DNA from: Octopus sinensis
Taxonomy: Eukaryota
Reading direction: 5' to 3'
Length of the DNA stretch: 64,000 nt
NCBI RefSeq assembly: GCF_006345805.1
Contig: NC_042997.1
Location: 189,658,001 to 189,722,000 of the forward strand
How positions within the stretch are numbered: the stretch's first letter is position 1; every line of letters starts with the position of its first letter. Of the stretch, positions 61,710 to 64,000 are shown one piece after another. Made by a program: the position numbers and the translations under genes. The notes under the pieces are model-generated. The model ran no database searches. It was not told where the DNA came from and saw nothing but the letters and a program-made list of their open reading frames with translations.

Positions 61710-62270
61710 ATATAATATAATATTTTACTATAAAATTGGATTCAATCCTAAATATGATTTTCCCCTGTAAGTTTGGATTTATTCCCTAAATTTTATTATA
61801 TATATATATGCATATATATATATTTCCACACACTTATATCGTCTTTTACTATTTATAGTATTACGTATATTGTTCAATTGTCGTTTGGTAATTGAAGAGA
61901 TGAAGTTGGTATATTTAGCAGGTCAATAGATTACGCACATGTTTTCCCTTGTTTCCTCGAAGCAATTTTGGAATAATTTCGTATTTCGTCCCCAGAACAA
62001 ACTGATCATCAAGCTTTCAGTCGCAACATTGCCTCTTTTTTTTTTTTTTTTTTTTGTATATCAGGAACTACATTGACCAAAACATCTTTTATGCAGATAG
62101 TAGAATGTGTCTTGAAGAAGAATACATAGCTGTTATTTCTAGTAAGTCGAATGCCCACATAGAAATTTCCCTTGCTGAATAGCGAAACTAACGAGAATAT
62201 ATCGATGCTCAATTACAATATAGAAAATATTCTTAGTCAGCGATGCAGCAGCGAGACCAAACGAACTCAC

Positions 62271-62311
<41 letters not shown>

Positions 62312-62519
62312 CCCCCTCTCTCAATCTATCTGTCTGTTTGTCTATCTATCTTCGCGTTTCTTCGTTTGGAAACGAAGAAGATGCATACATGTTGAAAGGA
62401 AGAGCTGACAGTGTTTTCAGTTACATATATAGTTACACATACATAAGCTCCATTATTAGTACATATATCTATGCACACATGAATGTGCATGAGTGTGTGT
62501 GTATATATATACGTGCGCA

Positions 62520-62593
62520 CGTGCACCCACACATACATACACACATACATACATACATATATACATACATGCATACATACATACATACATACA

Positions 62594-62625
<32 letters not shown>

Positions 62626-62910
62626 CACATACATACATACATGCATACGTACATACATACATACATACATACATACATACATACATACATACGTACGTAC
62701 ATACATACATGCATACATACATACATACATATACGTACGACATACATACATACATACATATCATACGTAGTACATACATACATGCATGCATACATACATA
62801 CATACCTCATACATACATACTACGTACATCCAGACATACATACATACATACGTCGTACATACATGCTCATACATACATACTTACATACATACATACATAC
62901 ACACTACCTA
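62520..62910. repeat. (ATAC)n degenerate microsatellite
   Basis: Seen directly. Confidence 0.95.
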
Positions 62911-63340
62911 TATGTATGTTTAAATTTTATTATTTATCTCTTGTTATTTTATCTCTCTTGAGGCCACCAGCCACATTAATTACCTCTCCGAATTCTCTTT
63001 ATCTCTACCTCATGTTTCTTTAATTTCTTCAAAATCTTTCCTCCCCTTCCATGTTCTCTTTATTTCAATTCACTGTTTTCTCTCACTGATGCCAATTCAG
63101 TCGTCTTATTTCATTCCTTTAGCTTGGCTCCTTTTATATCGTTGAAAAAAAAAAAAAAATTTCTGCTTGAAAATAAAATTCTTTTTTGCATTTGTATAAG
63201 TGTATGTGTGTGCATTTAGAGTTAGGTTTTCTTTTTTTTTTTTCTTTGGCTGATTATTATGGCTTGTTTTTCTACAGCTGCAGACACGAAGGAAAAGAGA
63301 GAGAAGAAGAAAGAAAGAGAGAGATTACCGAGAGAAACAA

Positions 63341-63371
<31 letters not shown>

Positions 63372-64000
63372 ACTAAAAGAGAGGGAGATTGTGAAAGAAA
63401 GTGATAGAGAGACCGAGAGAAAGGGAGTAGGAGAGAAACCAGGCTTTGATCTAAAATGCTAAGATTGTCAGATTCAGTGGAGTAGGACAACCCGATAGAC
63501 ACCAGCTTGCACAATGGCAACCAACTAAGCGAGGGAGACGGAATCTTCTTGACGACGAATGTTGCTGGTGAATTGGAAGCATTTTCGATAAAAAATTAAC
63601 GTGTATCTATTAGAATATGTACGCATCACACACTCACACGCATATGATATATAAATGTGTGTGCATAAATATATGTGTGTATGCGTGCGTGTGTGTGTAC
63701 GTATGTATGTATAATTCTACATTCATACCGTCGAGTAGTATGTTACTGGTTACAGAATATAACCGGTCAGAAATTTACCGATGGTTTCGTGCTTACTGTT
63801 ACACTTGATAATATTGACGATTCTTCTCACTTACTAGCCGGAAGCACTTACTCTCCTGTATGCTGGAGGGTGGATATGCAATCAAAGTTCACTCAGTGGT
63901 GATTAAAAGAAGAAAGAAACAAGATTAGAAAATACTCCTGAATTCAAAAAGCGAGATTCTTAACCACTGCCTTTATGATAGAAAATTTGTTTTGGTAACG

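Noticed and set aside
62351-62372. TTCTTCGTTT-GG-AAACGAAGAA hairpin; ORF 62338-62961
   Set aside because: Isolated 10-bp inverted repeat; the ORF is microsatellite read-through.
63820-63910. Two minus-strand GTAAGT donors near the window end
   Set aside because: No recognisable coding frame or partner exon within the window.

Overview
Repeat-dense, AT-rich eukaryotic DNA with one 100-N gap (819-918). It is most likely an octopus/coleoid cephalopod scaffold; this is inferred from the SINE families and microsatellite load and was not verified. Only one host gene is supportable: a VHL (von Hippel-Lindau) orthologue on the minus strand. Its two coding exons (15752-15440 and 12528-12368) give 157 aa, the intron sits at the human V155 position, and a probable non-coding first exon and housekeeping-type promoter lie near 21.8-22.0 kb. 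The rest is mobile DNA: about 60 copies of five tRNA-derived or related SINE types (my labels A, B, C, D, H), CR1/L2-group and RTE LINE fragments, a Penelope-like element (RT plus GIY-YIG), Tc1/mariner, pogo/Tigger, hAT, piggyBac-like and Merlin/hAT-like MITEs, Helitron ends, foldbacks and long microsatellites. Most listed ORFs are microsatellite or SINE artefacts. The main hidden signal is about ten hammerhead-ribozyme-like motifs of the Penelope-associated type. They include one with an intact core (36.6 kb), a divergent pair inside a 307-bp palindrome (23.5-23.8 kb) and recurrent core variants. Other notable points: a covarying 3' stem-loop shared by LINEs and SINE-A, combinatorial SINE head/tail swapping, and a 658-bp microsatellite flanked by a perfect 20-bp direct repeat. 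All alignments and folds were done by eye, and repeat ends are approximate unless a TSD or TIR is given.
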